From Thermoplasmata archaeon (GTDB taxonomy: Archaea; Thermoplasmatota; Thermoplasmata; Lutacidiplasmatales; UBA184): a stretch of DNA of 64,000 nucleotides. Location: the NCBI GenBank assembly GCA_035933635.1, contig DASYYY010000021.1, positions 86,918 to 150,917 on the forward strand, in the 5' to 3' direction. The position numbers were made by a program, and so were the translations under genes. Within the stretch, counting starts at the first letter, position 1; each line of letters opens with the position of its first letter. A model generated the notes under the pieces. That model had not been told where the DNA came from and searched no databases. It saw nothing but the letters and a program-made list of their open reading frames with translations. Of this stretch, positions 31,024 through 40,226 are shown one piece after another.

Positions 31024-31521
31024 GTGGAGGTCACGGTCGACACGAACGTATTGGTTAGAAGTGGAGTAAAGAGCGATCCAGCCCGCCCGGCATGTTTCGT
31101 GTTCCTCCATGAGTTCAAGGCGCGCGAAGATCTCGTCCTGGCGCTAGACGATGAAGAGCTCGTCGAGAGAGAGTACCGGGCTCACCTCAACCCGATGACA
31201 TACGGTCACCACTGGCTTCGGACCATTCTTCTTATGAAGGCCCGGACGAAACTCCTCAAGCGAGCAGAGTTGCCGCCGGCTGTCCGAGCCGAGCTCTTGG
31301 ACGAGTGCCACCTGGACCCACCTGATCTCAATCTCTTCGTGCGCGTGGCCCTTGCGTCGAAAGAGAAACTCATCGTAACCCACGATGGCGACTATTGGCG
31401 GAGCTCTAGGCGATGCCTAAAGAGACGGCTCAAGATCGAGGTCGAATCTGCGAAGTCGGTCCATCCCAAGCTTTGCGGGGGCCAGTGGGAAGACTGCCGC
31501 CGGCGAGTTATGGGGGGGTAG
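31024..31521 (+). CDS. PIN-domain nuclease-like protein, translationally coupled to the ATPase
   Basis: GTG start 4 nt after the ATPase stop. VEVTVDTNVLV (first PIN acidic residue), acidic ALDDEELVERE, LDPPDLNLFVRVALA (third Asp) and LIVTHDGDYW (fourth Asp) give the PIN four-acidic-residue topology. The only ATG in frame would truncate the DTNVL motif. Confidence 0.55.
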   Translation: MEVTVDTNVLVRSGVKSDPARPACFVFLHEFKAREDLVLALDDEELVEREYRAHLNPMTYGHHWLRTILLMKARTKLLKRAELPPAVRAELLDECHLDPPDLNLFVRVALASKEKLIVTHDGDYWRSSRRCLKRRLKIEVESAKSVHPKLCGGQWEDCRRRVMGG

Positions 31522-32021
31522 GAAGTTACCCGTGCGCATCTGGTTCCAGCCCTCTCAATTCGGGGAAACTTAAAGACGCCACGGACCTTTACCCTAGCTG
31601 AACATGGATCTCGCTTCGACCCCGAATTCTGAAGTGCGGAGTGAACAAGCATTGATTCGTCAGGTCTCGCGGTCGAGGTTACCAAACGACCGCGAACGGC
31701 GCGAGCACCGTCACGGGACCGGCAACTCAATCAAGGCATTCTTCGCCTGCCCCGGGTGTGGACTCCCTATTCCCTTTGGCGGCGCACCCTGACCAGACTC
31801 CGACTCCCTGTTCTTCTGCGAATCGCTCGCTGGAATCGCCAAGATTCAGTCGGATACCTGGAAGACGTAAGGGTCTCAGCGGCCCCTGATTAAATCGGGT
31901 GCCTTGCCGGAGCCCCCCTCCCCTCGGGCTTCTCCGGACCCTTTCGGGACGGCGGGGTTACGTGAAGACCCCCGGTGAGGCGGGAGGATCGGACCCTGTC
32001 CGCTGAATAGGACAGAGATAC

Positions 32022-32639
32022 TTGCGGCCGAAGGAATCGGTCGCCCACATCATGACGGCGGAACTGCCCCCTCCGGACCGACGGATTATCGCGGAGTTCT
32101 CGACCGACGCCGCCGGCCGCACCCGCGGTCGCCTGATCGTGAACCTGGCCGGTCTGGCAGTTCTAACCGTCATCCTACTTTCAGTGTTTGGATGGGCGGT
32201 TGTGCGCGAGCCGGAGGCATCACTGCGCGCACTGGCAGCCGCCTCCATCGCCGGACCGTTCGTTTTCGGCGCTCTCGCGGTTCTCTTTGCTCGTCGCGCT
32301 TCCGCCCGCCGTCCACCGAACCTCGTCCGACTTTCCGACTGGGGTGTGGAGTTCGATGCCCCTCCGACAACGCCTGGTCTCGCCCCCGAGGAGAGCGGCG
32401 GCGCTATTGCGTGGCCGCACGTCGGGAGGGTCGAGATACAAGAAGCGGCCCGGGCGAGGAGACGAGCTGGGTTGTCTCAGGTTACCTTCTATTCACGCGA
32501 GTTCCACAGGCGGCCAATAGCGTTCACGGTCCCTCGCTTCTGGCCATGGGGTATCCGCATCCCATATCTTCGACGGGAGGACGCCGAGAAGATCATCGAA
32601 CTCGCCGAGGGATGGATCGCTTCCTCGACCACGGACTGA
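32022..32639 (+). CDS. Hypothetical membrane protein (2 TM)
   Basis: TM helices LAGLAVLTVILLSVFGWAVV and AAASIAGPFVFGALAVLFA. An alternative start is at 32052 (MTAEL). Confidence 0.35.
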   Translation: MRPKESVAHIMTAELPPPDRRIIAEFSTDAAGRTRGRLIVNLAGLAVLTVILLSVFGWAVVREPEASLRALAAASIAGPFVFGALAVLFARRASARRPPNLVRLSDWGVEFDAPPTTPGLAPEESGGAIAWPHVGRVEIQEAARARRRAGLSQVTFYSREFHRRPIAFTVPRFWPWGIRIPYLRREDAEKIIELAEGWIASSTTD

Positions 32640-32654
32640 GGTTAACGGACCAGC

Positions 32655-33263
32655 CTAGCTCCACTCGTTCCGTCGACCGAGTCCCTTGGGCCGCTTCGCG
32701 AGGAGTTCCCTAATCGCCCGGTCGGCCATGTTCAGTTCTCTGGGGATCTTGACCCAAGTTACGGACGATAGCCCGGCCAAGTCCGCACGGATCCCGTCCC
32801 GGATTCGCGCGGCGATGTCAACATCCCCCAGCTGAATACTCACTTGGCTATCCTCCCCGTTCATGTAACGAATGACCTGGTCGCCATCCCCGAGGAATCT
32901 CGCTCGCCTCGTGCAGCCGTTCGTCTTGAGGTGGAGCGCCGCGCCACGGGCGGCGATGAGGTCATACAGTTGGGTGCCGCGTGCCCACGCGCTCTGGACA
33001 ATCAAGTCCCAGTTGTCCTGCCATATGCGCGCCAGGGGCGGGTCCCAGGATGCAATCGCGGCGCCGATGGGGGAAGATAGGCAAGACTGACCGCCCGAAG
33101 CCTTGTCTGGATTGGGCTGGCCGTTGAACGACACGAAGCCCAAGTCAACGCGGTTCGGGTAGCCTTCCTTGCTCCAACGAACGCCTGAATCGAAGTAGAC
33201 CCAGACCTCATCCCAACCGCTGATTGCTCCTGATCTTTGCCGCCGCACGATCCAGTAACCCAA
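32655..33263 (-). CDS. Hypothetical protein (202 aa)
   Basis: Non-repetitive ORF in the island. No family recognised. Confidence 0.35.
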   Translation of the reverse strand: MGYWIVRRQRSGAISGWDEVWVYFDSGVRWSKEGYPNRVDLGFVSFNGQPNPDKASGGQSCLSSPIGAAIASWDPPLARIWQDNWDLIVQSAWARGTQLYDLIAARGAALHLKTNGCTRRARFLGDGDQVIRYMNGEDSQVSIQLGDVDIAARIRDGIRADLAGLSSVTWVKIPRELNMADRAIRELLAKRPKGLGRRNEWS

Positions 33264-33371
33264 CTCAGTGGGACACCACCAAGCATGTCATTTGTTCGGG
33301 GGTCCTGACGGGGCGAAAGGGACAGGTATAGCGCCGATTCCTCGCCGAAGAACCGGAGGGGAGACTTCGGG

Positions 33372-33935
33372 GTGGCCGCTACATACAACCGCGGCGTAGC
33401 CGGCTCGGAGATGGATTCGCGGAATACTGTTGCGAAACGCGTAGCCCATGAGTCCGGACCAGAAGGGTCACCGCGCGATCAGCGGCTCGTGCGGATCGGC
33501 CTGCTCGTGTTCTCCGCTGGCTTCCTGAGCTCAATCACCGGCATCCAGGTCCTCCCTCCCGGCTACTTCCCGCCCTGGCAGACCTCCGCCCCCCTCGTTT
33601 GGGTCGCTTGGGGTTGGTTGACCGTAGGGGCTTTGGCAGCTGGAGCGACACTTGCCCTCGCAGCAGCCGCGCATTCCCACCGGTCGTGGCCGTTCGCGGA
33701 GTTCCGAGTCGCTCCTGACCCGAAGGATATGGACCCGCGGCTGTGGTGGTCACTCGTCGGATCATTCTCGGCCCTCGTCGGGGTCGTGTTCGTCTGGACG
33801 TACGTGCTAGGCAACCCGTACTTGGACGGGCACTCCATCGTTCATTGGGGAGCTTTGGCCTTTCTAGTCTTGGGGGTAAGTTGGATGGTAGGGCAAGCCG
33901 TGGTGTCCCGAAGAAAGAAGACCGCGTACCTGTAG
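33372..33935 (+). CDS. Hypothetical membrane protein (4 TM)
   Basis: Four hydrophobic segments (LVRIGLLVFSAGFL..., LVWVAWGWLTVGALAAGATLALAAAA, WWSLVGSFSALVGVVFVW, GALAFLVLGVSWMVG). Confidence 0.35.
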   Translation: MAATYNRGVAGSEMDSRNTVAKRVAHESGPEGSPRDQRLVRIGLLVFSAGFLSSITGIQVLPPGYFPPWQTSAPLVWVAWGWLTVGALAAGATLALAAAAHSHRSWPFAEFRVAPDPKDMDPRLWWSLVGSFSALVGVVFVWTYVLGNPYLDGHSIVHWGALAFLVLGVSWMVGQAVVSRRKKTAYL

Positions 33936-34119
33936 ACGATGCCCGCCGCGCGCGGGGGTTCTCCAGGGCTCGAATTGGGCCGGCGCCCAATTGCGCGTGT
34001 GTGGGGGTGGGTGCGGAGTGGGAATGTTGGAGAAAAGCACGCATTGCGGATCAGTGGGTGGCGTGGAGGGCCACCCTCGGCGCTCTAAATCCGCTCGGAC
34101 CCTTTTCCACGCGAGGGGT

Positions 34120-34668
34120 TTAGGACGAAGGGGCAGGCCGCGCGTTCGGATCGGGGTGGCCAATCCACTCCCACGATTCTGGAGGGAACAGGTTCCTGGG
34201 AGCGTTCGGGTGCCCAAGAATAGCCGCAGCCTGTTCTCGGCTGACGGGAAAGTCACGAACGGGAGGCGCCCTGCCGCCGGGCCCCCCGAACCGTCTTGCC
34301 GATAGCCACCCCCATCTTTGGACAGGCGGCCTCTGACTCGGACGCAAGTCGGCCCAGAAGACAATCCGCTCTCGTAGCCGGCTGTGCACGTGGACCCCGG
34401 TCGGACCAATCCCAATCCGATTCGGAACTTGAGAGAGGGCGACCACCACGAAAGCTAACGGGGTGGCAATCTCCGTGCCCACAAGCGCCGCCGCGAGTCC
34501 GGGATTCGCCGTTGAGAACAAGACGCGGATCAGATACGGCGCGCCGCCAATGATGATGAACGCGACGGGCAGAAACGCCGCATACATCACGCCGAGTCCG
34601 ACGAGCGTCCAGAACAACGGTGGGCGCCCGGCAGTGGGGAGCCAAACGGGGCTCTCTTGAGAACCCAT
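34120..34668 (-). CDS. Hypothetical membrane protein
   Basis: Start taken at MGSQESPVWL (34668) so that it does not overlap the recombinase. TM segments LFWTLVGLGVMYAAFLPVAFIIIGG and LAAALVGTEIATPLAFVVVAL. Confidence 0.3.
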   Translation of the reverse strand: MGSQESPVWLPTAGRPPLFWTLVGLGVMYAAFLPVAFIIIGGAPYLIRVLFSTANPGLAAALVGTEIATPLAFVVVALSQVPNRIGIGPTGVHVHSRLRERIVFWADLRPSQRPPVQRWGWLSARRFGGPGGRAPPVRDFPVSREQAAAILGHPNAPRNLFPPESWEWIGHPDPNARPAPSS

Positions 34669-34688
34669 TTTCGGCCGAGGCTGGAACC

Positions 34689-35330
34689 CTATTTTGGTCC
34701 GGTGACCGAGAGCCGACCTGCTGGATCGGGTCCAATCTTTCGGCACGTTCCCGCCGGGAGGCCCACGTGCTGTGCCACCTCCTTCCAAGGAAGACCTCGC
34801 GACCGGAGCTCACGGACTCGAGCCGCCAGCTCGGGGGTCACACGGCGGGGTCGCCCCGGAGGTCGCCCGCTCCGGGTGAGCCGCCGTCCCTCCCGGAGTT
34901 CCCTCATCGCGACCCGGACTCGCTCGGAGCGCCGCTTGGACTCGAACGCCGAGATGACCGGGAGCAGCGCCAGGAGCACGTCCCGCCCCAAGTTCGGTCG
35001 GCCGTCCTCTGGCGTATCGAGCGTGGACTCCTTCAGCGAGTGGAACCGGACCCCGGCCGCCTCGAGGTCGAGGATCGTCTGGGTCGCTCGGGTGAAGGTG
35101 GCCTCCCGGCTGAAGCGGTCGAGGGACCACACGAGGAGGTGGGTCCAGATCCGGTCGGGTTTCCGGGCATCGGAGAGCAGCCGTTCGTACTCTACCCGCT
35201 CGACCTTCCCGGTCCCGGAAACCTTCTCGGCGTAGACCGCTGTAACCGACCAACCGCGACGGTCCGCTTCCGACCGTAAGTCGCGTTCCTGACCCGCCAA
35301 GTCCTGGTCTTCGGTCGAAACTCGGAGGTA
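34689..35330 (-). CDS. Serine recombinase (resolvase/invertase family), start codon unresolved
   Basis: VALYLRVSTEDQDLAGQERDL (catalytic Ser motif), VWSLDRFSR and a C-terminal HTH (GLPWKEVAQHVGLPAGTCRKI). No ATG/GTG/TTG lies within about 50 codons upstream of the catalytic motif in frame. The ORF-track N-terminal 130 aa (Arg/Pro-rich) are unlikely to be real. Confidence 0.65.
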   Translation of the reverse strand, partial: YLRVSTEDQDLAGQERDLRSEADRRGWSVTAVYAEKVSGTGKVERVEYERLLSDARKPDRIWTHLLVWSLDRFSREATFTRATQTILDLEAAGVRFHSLKESTLDTPEDGRPNLGRDVLLALLPVISAFESKRRSERVRVAMRELREGRRLTRSGRPPGRPRRVTPELAARVRELRSRGLPWKEVAQHVGLPAGTCRKIGPDPAGRLSVTGPK

Positions 35331-35497
35331 AAGTGCGACCGAACAGTTGGCCGCCCCCGGAACGACCTCCTCCGGCGGGGGAGGGGACCGAGGCCGGGCC
35401 TCGTGGGGGGTAACCGTTAGTTCGTCCGTTTGAGTCGGCGTACTAAACTCGCAGTTCGACTCTAGCGCCGCCCCAGAGGGGGCCAATTGGCTCCCGG

Positions 35498-35743
35498 TCA
35501 AACGTCCCCTCTCCGCCTCGCCCGCAGCCGTCGCCGCCTGAGCGCGTCGGTATCCCGTCGGTAGTCCGGGTAGCAGACCGGGCAGATCCAAGACCGCGAA
35601 CGGTTCGGCAAGGTCTTGCCGCACCCCTGGCAATGCTTGCGATCGTACGGTTGGGCGGTGCGACCGTGCTCGCGGTCCGAGTACCGAAGCTCCCTCCCCC
35701 GGATCCAGAGGTGGTCGTAGAACTTCCCCGGCCGTTCGACCAT
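35498..35743 (-). CDS. Small zinc-ribbon protein (81 aa)
   Basis: CQGCGKTLPNRSRSWICPVCY (CxxC...CxxC). Located upstream of the recombinase. Confidence 0.3.
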   Translation of the reverse strand: MVERPGKFYDHLWIRGRELRYSDREHGRTAQPYDRKHCQGCGKTLPNRSRSWICPVCYPDYRRDTDALRRRRLRARRRGDV

Positions 35744-36251
35744 GGTTAGCCCCTCTCAATCGACCCGGGATTGGGCGAGCGGCAGGGGGACCTTGGTTGG
35801 GCTTCGGTGCGCCCCGCTGTAACCGTCCTAGGCCGATTACAGGGGGTACTGGCCCAGCTGCAGTCCGTACTCCCGGGGTGCAGTACTGCACCAGCCGAGG
35901 ATACCGGGAGCTGGGGATGGAAATCTAGGAAAGAGTGCGCCCGGCCGCTCCGCGGGACGGTTACGTACCGTCTGGGGGTGTAACCGTCCGTCAATGAGCG
36001 CTGATCTCGTGCCCGGTTACGCTCACAGGGCCTCGTTCCTCCGTCCGAGTATCCCGAGCGCAAGTCGAGCGGTCCCGGTGACCGCCCGGTGGGAGAACGG
36101 GGGTTGTTCCGTCGGGGTCCCCCGAGTGCGGAATCCTTGGACTTGTTCTTCTCGGGATTGTAGCCCGGCAACCTCCCGGTGTAACCGAGCATGGGAGATG
36201 CACCCGGACGAGCACGCTTACAGGGGCCGGCTCGTGCCTTGGGACGTTCGC

Positions 36252-36686
36252 TCATTTGAGGGCCTCCCGGATCTCCTCGTAGAGGCTCCTCCAGCGGTCG
36301 GCGCGTCCCTCGGGATCGGGGTCCAAGGAGGCCCGTCGAGTGAACTCTCCGGCTTGCAAGTCGTACCTGCGCAGGGCCTCCCGGAAGTATCCCACCAGGT
36401 CGGGCTGAGGGAGTCGGTACCCCGCCCGCCAAAGGTTGAGCGCCTCGGCCATGTGCTCCGCCAGCCCCAGTCCGAGGCCGTGGAGCCAAGCGAGGTCCTC
36501 GCTGCTCGGGAGCCCCTCCTCAGTAGCCGCTCGTTCGCGTACCGCCGCGGCGCGTGCCCGTTGCCGAAAGGCGTGGACGTTGTTGAGCCGCCGGGACCGC
36601 TGGTGCTTGGTCCAGCAGTCAGCGCAGAACTGGCTCCGGGGCCCGATCCTGGGCTGGGCGTTGCAGCGATTGCAAACCGCGATCAT
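36252..36686 (-). CDS. Hypothetical protein with N-terminal zinc ribbon
   Basis: MIAVCNRCNAQPRIGPRSQFCADCW. 4-bp overlap (ATGA) with the upstream methyltransferase gene. Confidence 0.4.
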   Translation of the reverse strand: MIAVCNRCNAQPRIGPRSQFCADCWTKHQRSRRLNNVHAFRQRARAAAVRERAATEEGLPSSEDLAWLHGLGLGLAEHMAEALNLWRAGYRLPQPDLVGYFREALRRYDLQAGEFTRRASLDPDPEGRADRWRSLYEEIREALK

Positions 36687-37723
36687 CGGGAGCTCCGCCT
36701 ACCCCGGAGGCGATGGGGACGCTCATCCCGGAGCCCAGCGAGATTCCGGGTGAGAACCTTCCAGTTCTTCGGGCTCGCCTCGATCCCGACCGACCTCCGG
36801 CCGAGCTTGTGGGCGACCCGGAGGGTCGTCCCGGAGCCCGCGTACGGGTCCAGGATCGTGTCGCCCGGCTTGGTGAGGGTCGCGACGAGGAGGGTGACGA
36901 GGTCCTCGGGCTTCGCTGCGAACAGGTCCCCCTCCATCGACGGGAGCGAGAACACCACGTCGACCGGATAGTGCCAGCCATTCGAGGAGTACTCACGTCC
37001 TTCGACGGGGTACTCGCCGTGGTGCTTCGGCCCGGACCACTTGATCGCGTGCCAGGGCTTCCCCCGACGGTGCATCGCGCCGAGGTTGAACGTGAGGTCG
37101 CCGACCTTCGCGTCCTTCCGCTTGAAGACGTGGAGCATCTCGTGGGCGCGGAGCGGTTCGTAGTCGGAGAGCCAGGGGGAGGACCGGATGGGACCTCCGA
37201 CCCGACCCTTGACCCAGACGATTTGGAACCGGTGCTGGAGCCCGACGTCCATGAAGGCTGAGGCGGCCCGGATCGCCATCGCTCCAGCACCGTGTAGGAC
37301 GACTTGCCCGGTCGGGCAGAGTACCCGGGCGATGTTCACGCCCAACCAATCCCAACTCGGGACTCGATCCCAATCCGCGGACGTAGTACCGTAGGGGGGG
37401 TCCAAGTAGGCCAGGTCGAACGAGTTCCTCCGGAGACGGGGTAGGATGTCCTCCGCGATCCCCGAGCGAAGTTCGGGTTGGTAGAGCCTCGGTCGGCACT
37501 TTCCGTAACCTTCGCGAATAAGGTGGCGTCGGTGACCTTGGGTGTAGGACCGATCGCAGAGGTACCAGTGGGGACCATGGCGGTGCGGGGCAACCGAAAG
37601 CGGCGGGTCGGGGTGACGCGCAGGACCGGCCGTTTTGGGGTCCCCGGGTACTTGCCCCTGGTCGGCCGTCAGGAGGCACCTCCCGGCGTGCCCCCGTCGT
37701 CCTCCCATCGCTGCTGCGCGCAA
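36683..37723 (-). CDS. DNA methyltransferase (N6-adenine/N4-cytosine, beta-class), apparently orphan
   Basis: DLAYLDPPYGTT (motif IV) precedes ILDPYAGSGTTLRVAHKLGRRSVGIE (motif I). No adjacent restriction endonuclease gene. The start overlaps the prim-pol gene's 3' end because no in-frame start lies downstream of it. Confidence 0.75.
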   Translation of the reverse strand: MRAAAMGGRRGHAGRCLLTADQGQVPGDPKTAGPARHPDPPLSVAPHRHGPHWYLCDRSYTQGHRRHLIREGYGKCRPRLYQPELRSGIAEDILPRLRRNSFDLAYLDPPYGTTSADWDRVPSWDWLGVNIARVLCPTGQVVLHGAGAMAIRAASAFMDVGLQHRFQIVWVKGRVGGPIRSSPWLSDYEPLRAHEMLHVFKRKDAKVGDLTFNLGAMHRRGKPWHAIKWSGPKHHGEYPVEGREYSSNGWHYPVDVVFSLPSMEGDLFAAKPEDLVTLLVATLTKPGDTILDPYAGSGTTLRVAHKLGRRSVGIEASPKNWKVLTRNLAGLRDERPHRLRGRRSSR

Positions 37724-40059
37724 CCCCCCCAGTCGACCGGGCTGGGTGGGCTTACCGGGCTTTCGGCCCTGGTCTCTGACGTTGGCCTGCCAAGCCCACC
37801 TCCAAGCCCGCCCTCCCCTGGGCTAACCGGGCTTTCGTAATCGTCGTCACGAAGGGAACGCTGAAGCCCACCAAGCCCGGGTAGCCCGGGTCCATGTAGG
37901 CTCCCGCGCAGCAACATTTCCTGGTCCGATGTTGATACCCTCACCGCGTGCCGGCGGTCGGTGGTCTGGTTGACACGGCCCAGGCGGGTCAGGCCGAGAG
38001 CCCTGAGCAGCCCCGGGATCGAGTTCGGGTGCACTTTGGTGTCCCTGGCGACCTTCCCGGCGTTCACCGCCTCGGCGATACGGACCGTGGGCAACACCCA
38101 CAGTGCCTGGTCCGCGTCCCACCCGACCTTGTTGTCGAGGAGGGTCAGAAGGGACGCCCGCACCTCTTCTGCGTCGTCGTCGACCGCCCCATCCTCGATC
38201 CCCCCAAGCCGCGCCTGAATCGCTTCCTCGGCGTCCCACCCCATGACGTGGCCGATGACGAGCATCAGCTCCCCGATCTCGTGGGTCCTGGGGAGTTCGC
38301 CGGTCAGCCGGTCCGCCGCGGTTTCGAACTCTTCCGACTCCTCGTAGGCCAGGAGCGAGTCGCGGTCGAAGCGCTCTCGGGCCCTCTCGGCCTCGAGCTC
38401 CAGCCACGCTTTGACCGACGCGAGGTGTCGCTTGTAGTACTTCGCCCGTCGTCGCTCCGCCTTCGGGTCCGACCGGCGATGGAGGTCGATGCAGTCAGTT
38501 CGGGAGCCAAGGGCGGGATCCTTCGAATCCTCGCAGTAGTTGAACGCGCAAGGGCCGAACGTCGGGATGGGAACGGCCGCGTGCTCCGTGCGGCCATCCG
38601 GACCCTTTCGTTCCTCTGTCTTCAGATACGGCTGGTCTCGGTCCGTCCCTTGGCGCAGGATGGTCCGCACCAGGTCGCCAACGTCCCGTCGCCGAAGGGT
38701 GACATCCACCTCATCGAGCGCAAGTCCGCGGCCTCGCCTCTTTGCGTCGGCTACGGCAGCGAAAGTAGCGACGCCGACGAGGAACGAGTCGTCCGCGAGG
38801 TAGGCCCAAATCCGTGTCGCCGTCGACTTTCCACTTGTCGGGGGCCCGCGGAACCCGAGGTGCCAGGTTTTGTCGAGCCGGTCAAGGATGTACGTCTGGG
38901 CGAGGTGGAGGAGAAGCGCGTCGTAGTCAGTCTCGTTCGGAAATACAACGATCCGACGGATGGCAGCCTTCGCTCGGGAGTAGTCCATCGACCGGGCCTC
39001 CGCGAGTACCTGGGGGCTCCACGGGAGGTGGGCACCTGCCGGTCGGAGCTCCAAGTCCACGCCGCTTTCGGACGCCTTGGATTGCGTGACGCGGGCCTCG
39101 ACCCGGTTCCACACTTCTCTCTCGAAGTACTCGGACCCACGTTCTGGCGTCTTTGTGTGTGGGGCTTGGAGCACGACCGCGAGGACGCTCTCTTTGTCGA
39201 AACCGGCCCTCTTCAGAAATGTGACGAGCCGAAACTCTGTCTGGGATCGGTCCACGCCGCCGGCCGGGCGGACGAACCCCTCATGGAACAGGGAACGCGC
39301 CTTCGGATCCTTCTCAACGGCGTCGAGGGCGGCGCGGACCCTTGTATCTCTGGGCGTAGCGACGCTCGACGCAAGCCCGGAGACTGTGGTGGCCCTAGAA
39401 ACTGCGGCGGCGTATTCATCGGGCAGCCACGCGGCTTGTGCCGCAAGCGCCTCGCGGGCGCTCGGGTAAACCGGGACCGCTTCCCCCGCAATAGGCTCGT
39501 ACGGCCGTTCGCCGTTTTCGAAGCGGCTCGGGGCTACGATGCAGAGGCCACTGCCGAGCAGGTCGTAGTAGCCGCCGAGGCCGGTCCACACTCGACTCCG
39601 TGCCCCATCAGGGTGCGCCGCGACTGGCTCGCGTGTGATGAACAGGTCGTGAGTCCCCGAGCTCTTCGTTGACTCGCGGTAGCCCGGCGCGTCACCCTCT
39701 GAGACGAGTTGTCGGGGGAGGGACGACCCACCCGGGGGGCGTTTTCGAACGTCCGTGTCTCCAGCGTTCAGCCACCCACCAGCTGGAAGCTGGCCGAGAG
39801 CGATCGCGAGCTGCGCATTGGGTCGCGAACGCCAGAACTCGCGGACCTCCGACTCCGACCGGAGAGGACCATCTGTCGTCCAGCGGATCAGCGGCCGCGG
39901 CCCAGGCTTCCCATTCGCTCCGCCCGCGAGAAAAGGGGCGAGCGGGACTACGCCGACGCCCATCCCGACGAAGAAGAGGGCAGCTTCTAGGACGCTGGTG
40001 AACCGAGGAATCCGCGGAGCATCGGTGCCCTCGTCCGCGGAGGGGCGATCCTGGCTCAT
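37669..40059 (-). CDS. Replication protein: bifunctional primase-polymerase (prim-pol) domain plus P-loop NTPase/helicase (D5/P4-like) domain
   Basis: N-terminal prim-pol motifs (GKPGPRPLIRWTTDG..., ...GLCIVAPSRFENGERPYE). Central Walker A LGFRGPPTSGKST. 796 aa. ATGA coupling with a 56-aa upstream ORF. Confidence 0.7.
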   Translation of the reverse strand: MSQDRPSADEGTDAPRIPRFTSVLEAALFFVGMGVGVVPLAPFLAGGANGKPGPRPLIRWTTDGPLRSESEVREFWRSRPNAQLAIALGQLPAGGWLNAGDTDVRKRPPGGSSLPRQLVSEGDAPGYRESTKSSGTHDLFITREPVAAHPDGARSRVWTGLGGYYDLLGSGLCIVAPSRFENGERPYEPIAGEAVPVYPSAREALAAQAAWLPDEYAAAVSRATTVSGLASSVATPRDTRVRAALDAVEKDPKARSLFHEGFVRPAGGVDRSQTEFRLVTFLKRAGFDKESVLAVVLQAPHTKTPERGSEYFEREVWNRVEARVTQSKASESGVDLELRPAGAHLPWSPQVLAEARSMDYSRAKAAIRRIVVFPNETDYDALLLHLAQTYILDRLDKTWHLGFRGPPTSGKSTATRIWAYLADDSFLVGVATFAAVADAKRRGRGLALDEVDVTLRRRDVGDLVRTILRQGTDRDQPYLKTEERKGPDGRTEHAAVPIPTFGPCAFNYCEDSKDPALGSRTDCIDLHRRSDPKAERRRAKYYKRHLASVKAWLELEAERARERFDRDSLLAYEESEEFETAADRLTGELPRTHEIGELMLVIGHVMGWDAEEAIQARLGGIEDGAVDDDAEEVRASLLTLLDNKVGWDADQALWVLPTVRIAEAVNAGKVARDTKVHPNSIPGLLRALGLTRLGRVNQTTDRRHAVRVSTSDQEMLLRGSLHGPGLPGLGGLQRSLRDDDYESPVSPGEGGLGGGLGRPTSETRAESPVSPPSPVDWGGCAQQRWEDDGGTPGGAS

Positions 40060-40226
40060 TCCTGCCTCGCACGGGACCGGGCGAGCCCGGCAAGGACCGG
40101 CGCCACGAGGTCGAACTGCGCCTCGTCCATCCGGTCGGGAAGCCCCAGAAGTATCTCGCGGAGTGGATCACCCGGGCGGAGTTCCCGGACCGCGATCCGC
40201 TTCACCTCCCCAAGCAAGACGGGCAT
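40056..40226 (-). CDS. Small ORF (56 aa) translationally coupled between the AbrB-like gene and the replication gene
   Basis: MPVLLGEVKRIAVRELRPGDPLREILLGLPDRMDEAQFDLVAPVLAGLARSRARQE. Stop/start overlaps on both sides (ATGA). Below the ORF-track length cutoff. Confidence 0.3.
   Translation of the reverse strand: MPVLLGEVKRIAVRELRPGDPLREILLGLPDRMDEAQFDLVAPVLAGLARSRARQE

Noticed and set aside
35746-36489. 247-aa minus ORF between the recombinase and the zinc-ribbon hypothetical
   Set aside because: R/P/G-rich with no features. It overlaps better candidates (35498..35743, 36252..36686).
37948-39672. 574-aa + strand ORF antisense to the prim-pol/helicase gene
   Set aside because: The minus frame carries prim-pol motifs and a Walker A. 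The antisense translation is low complexity.
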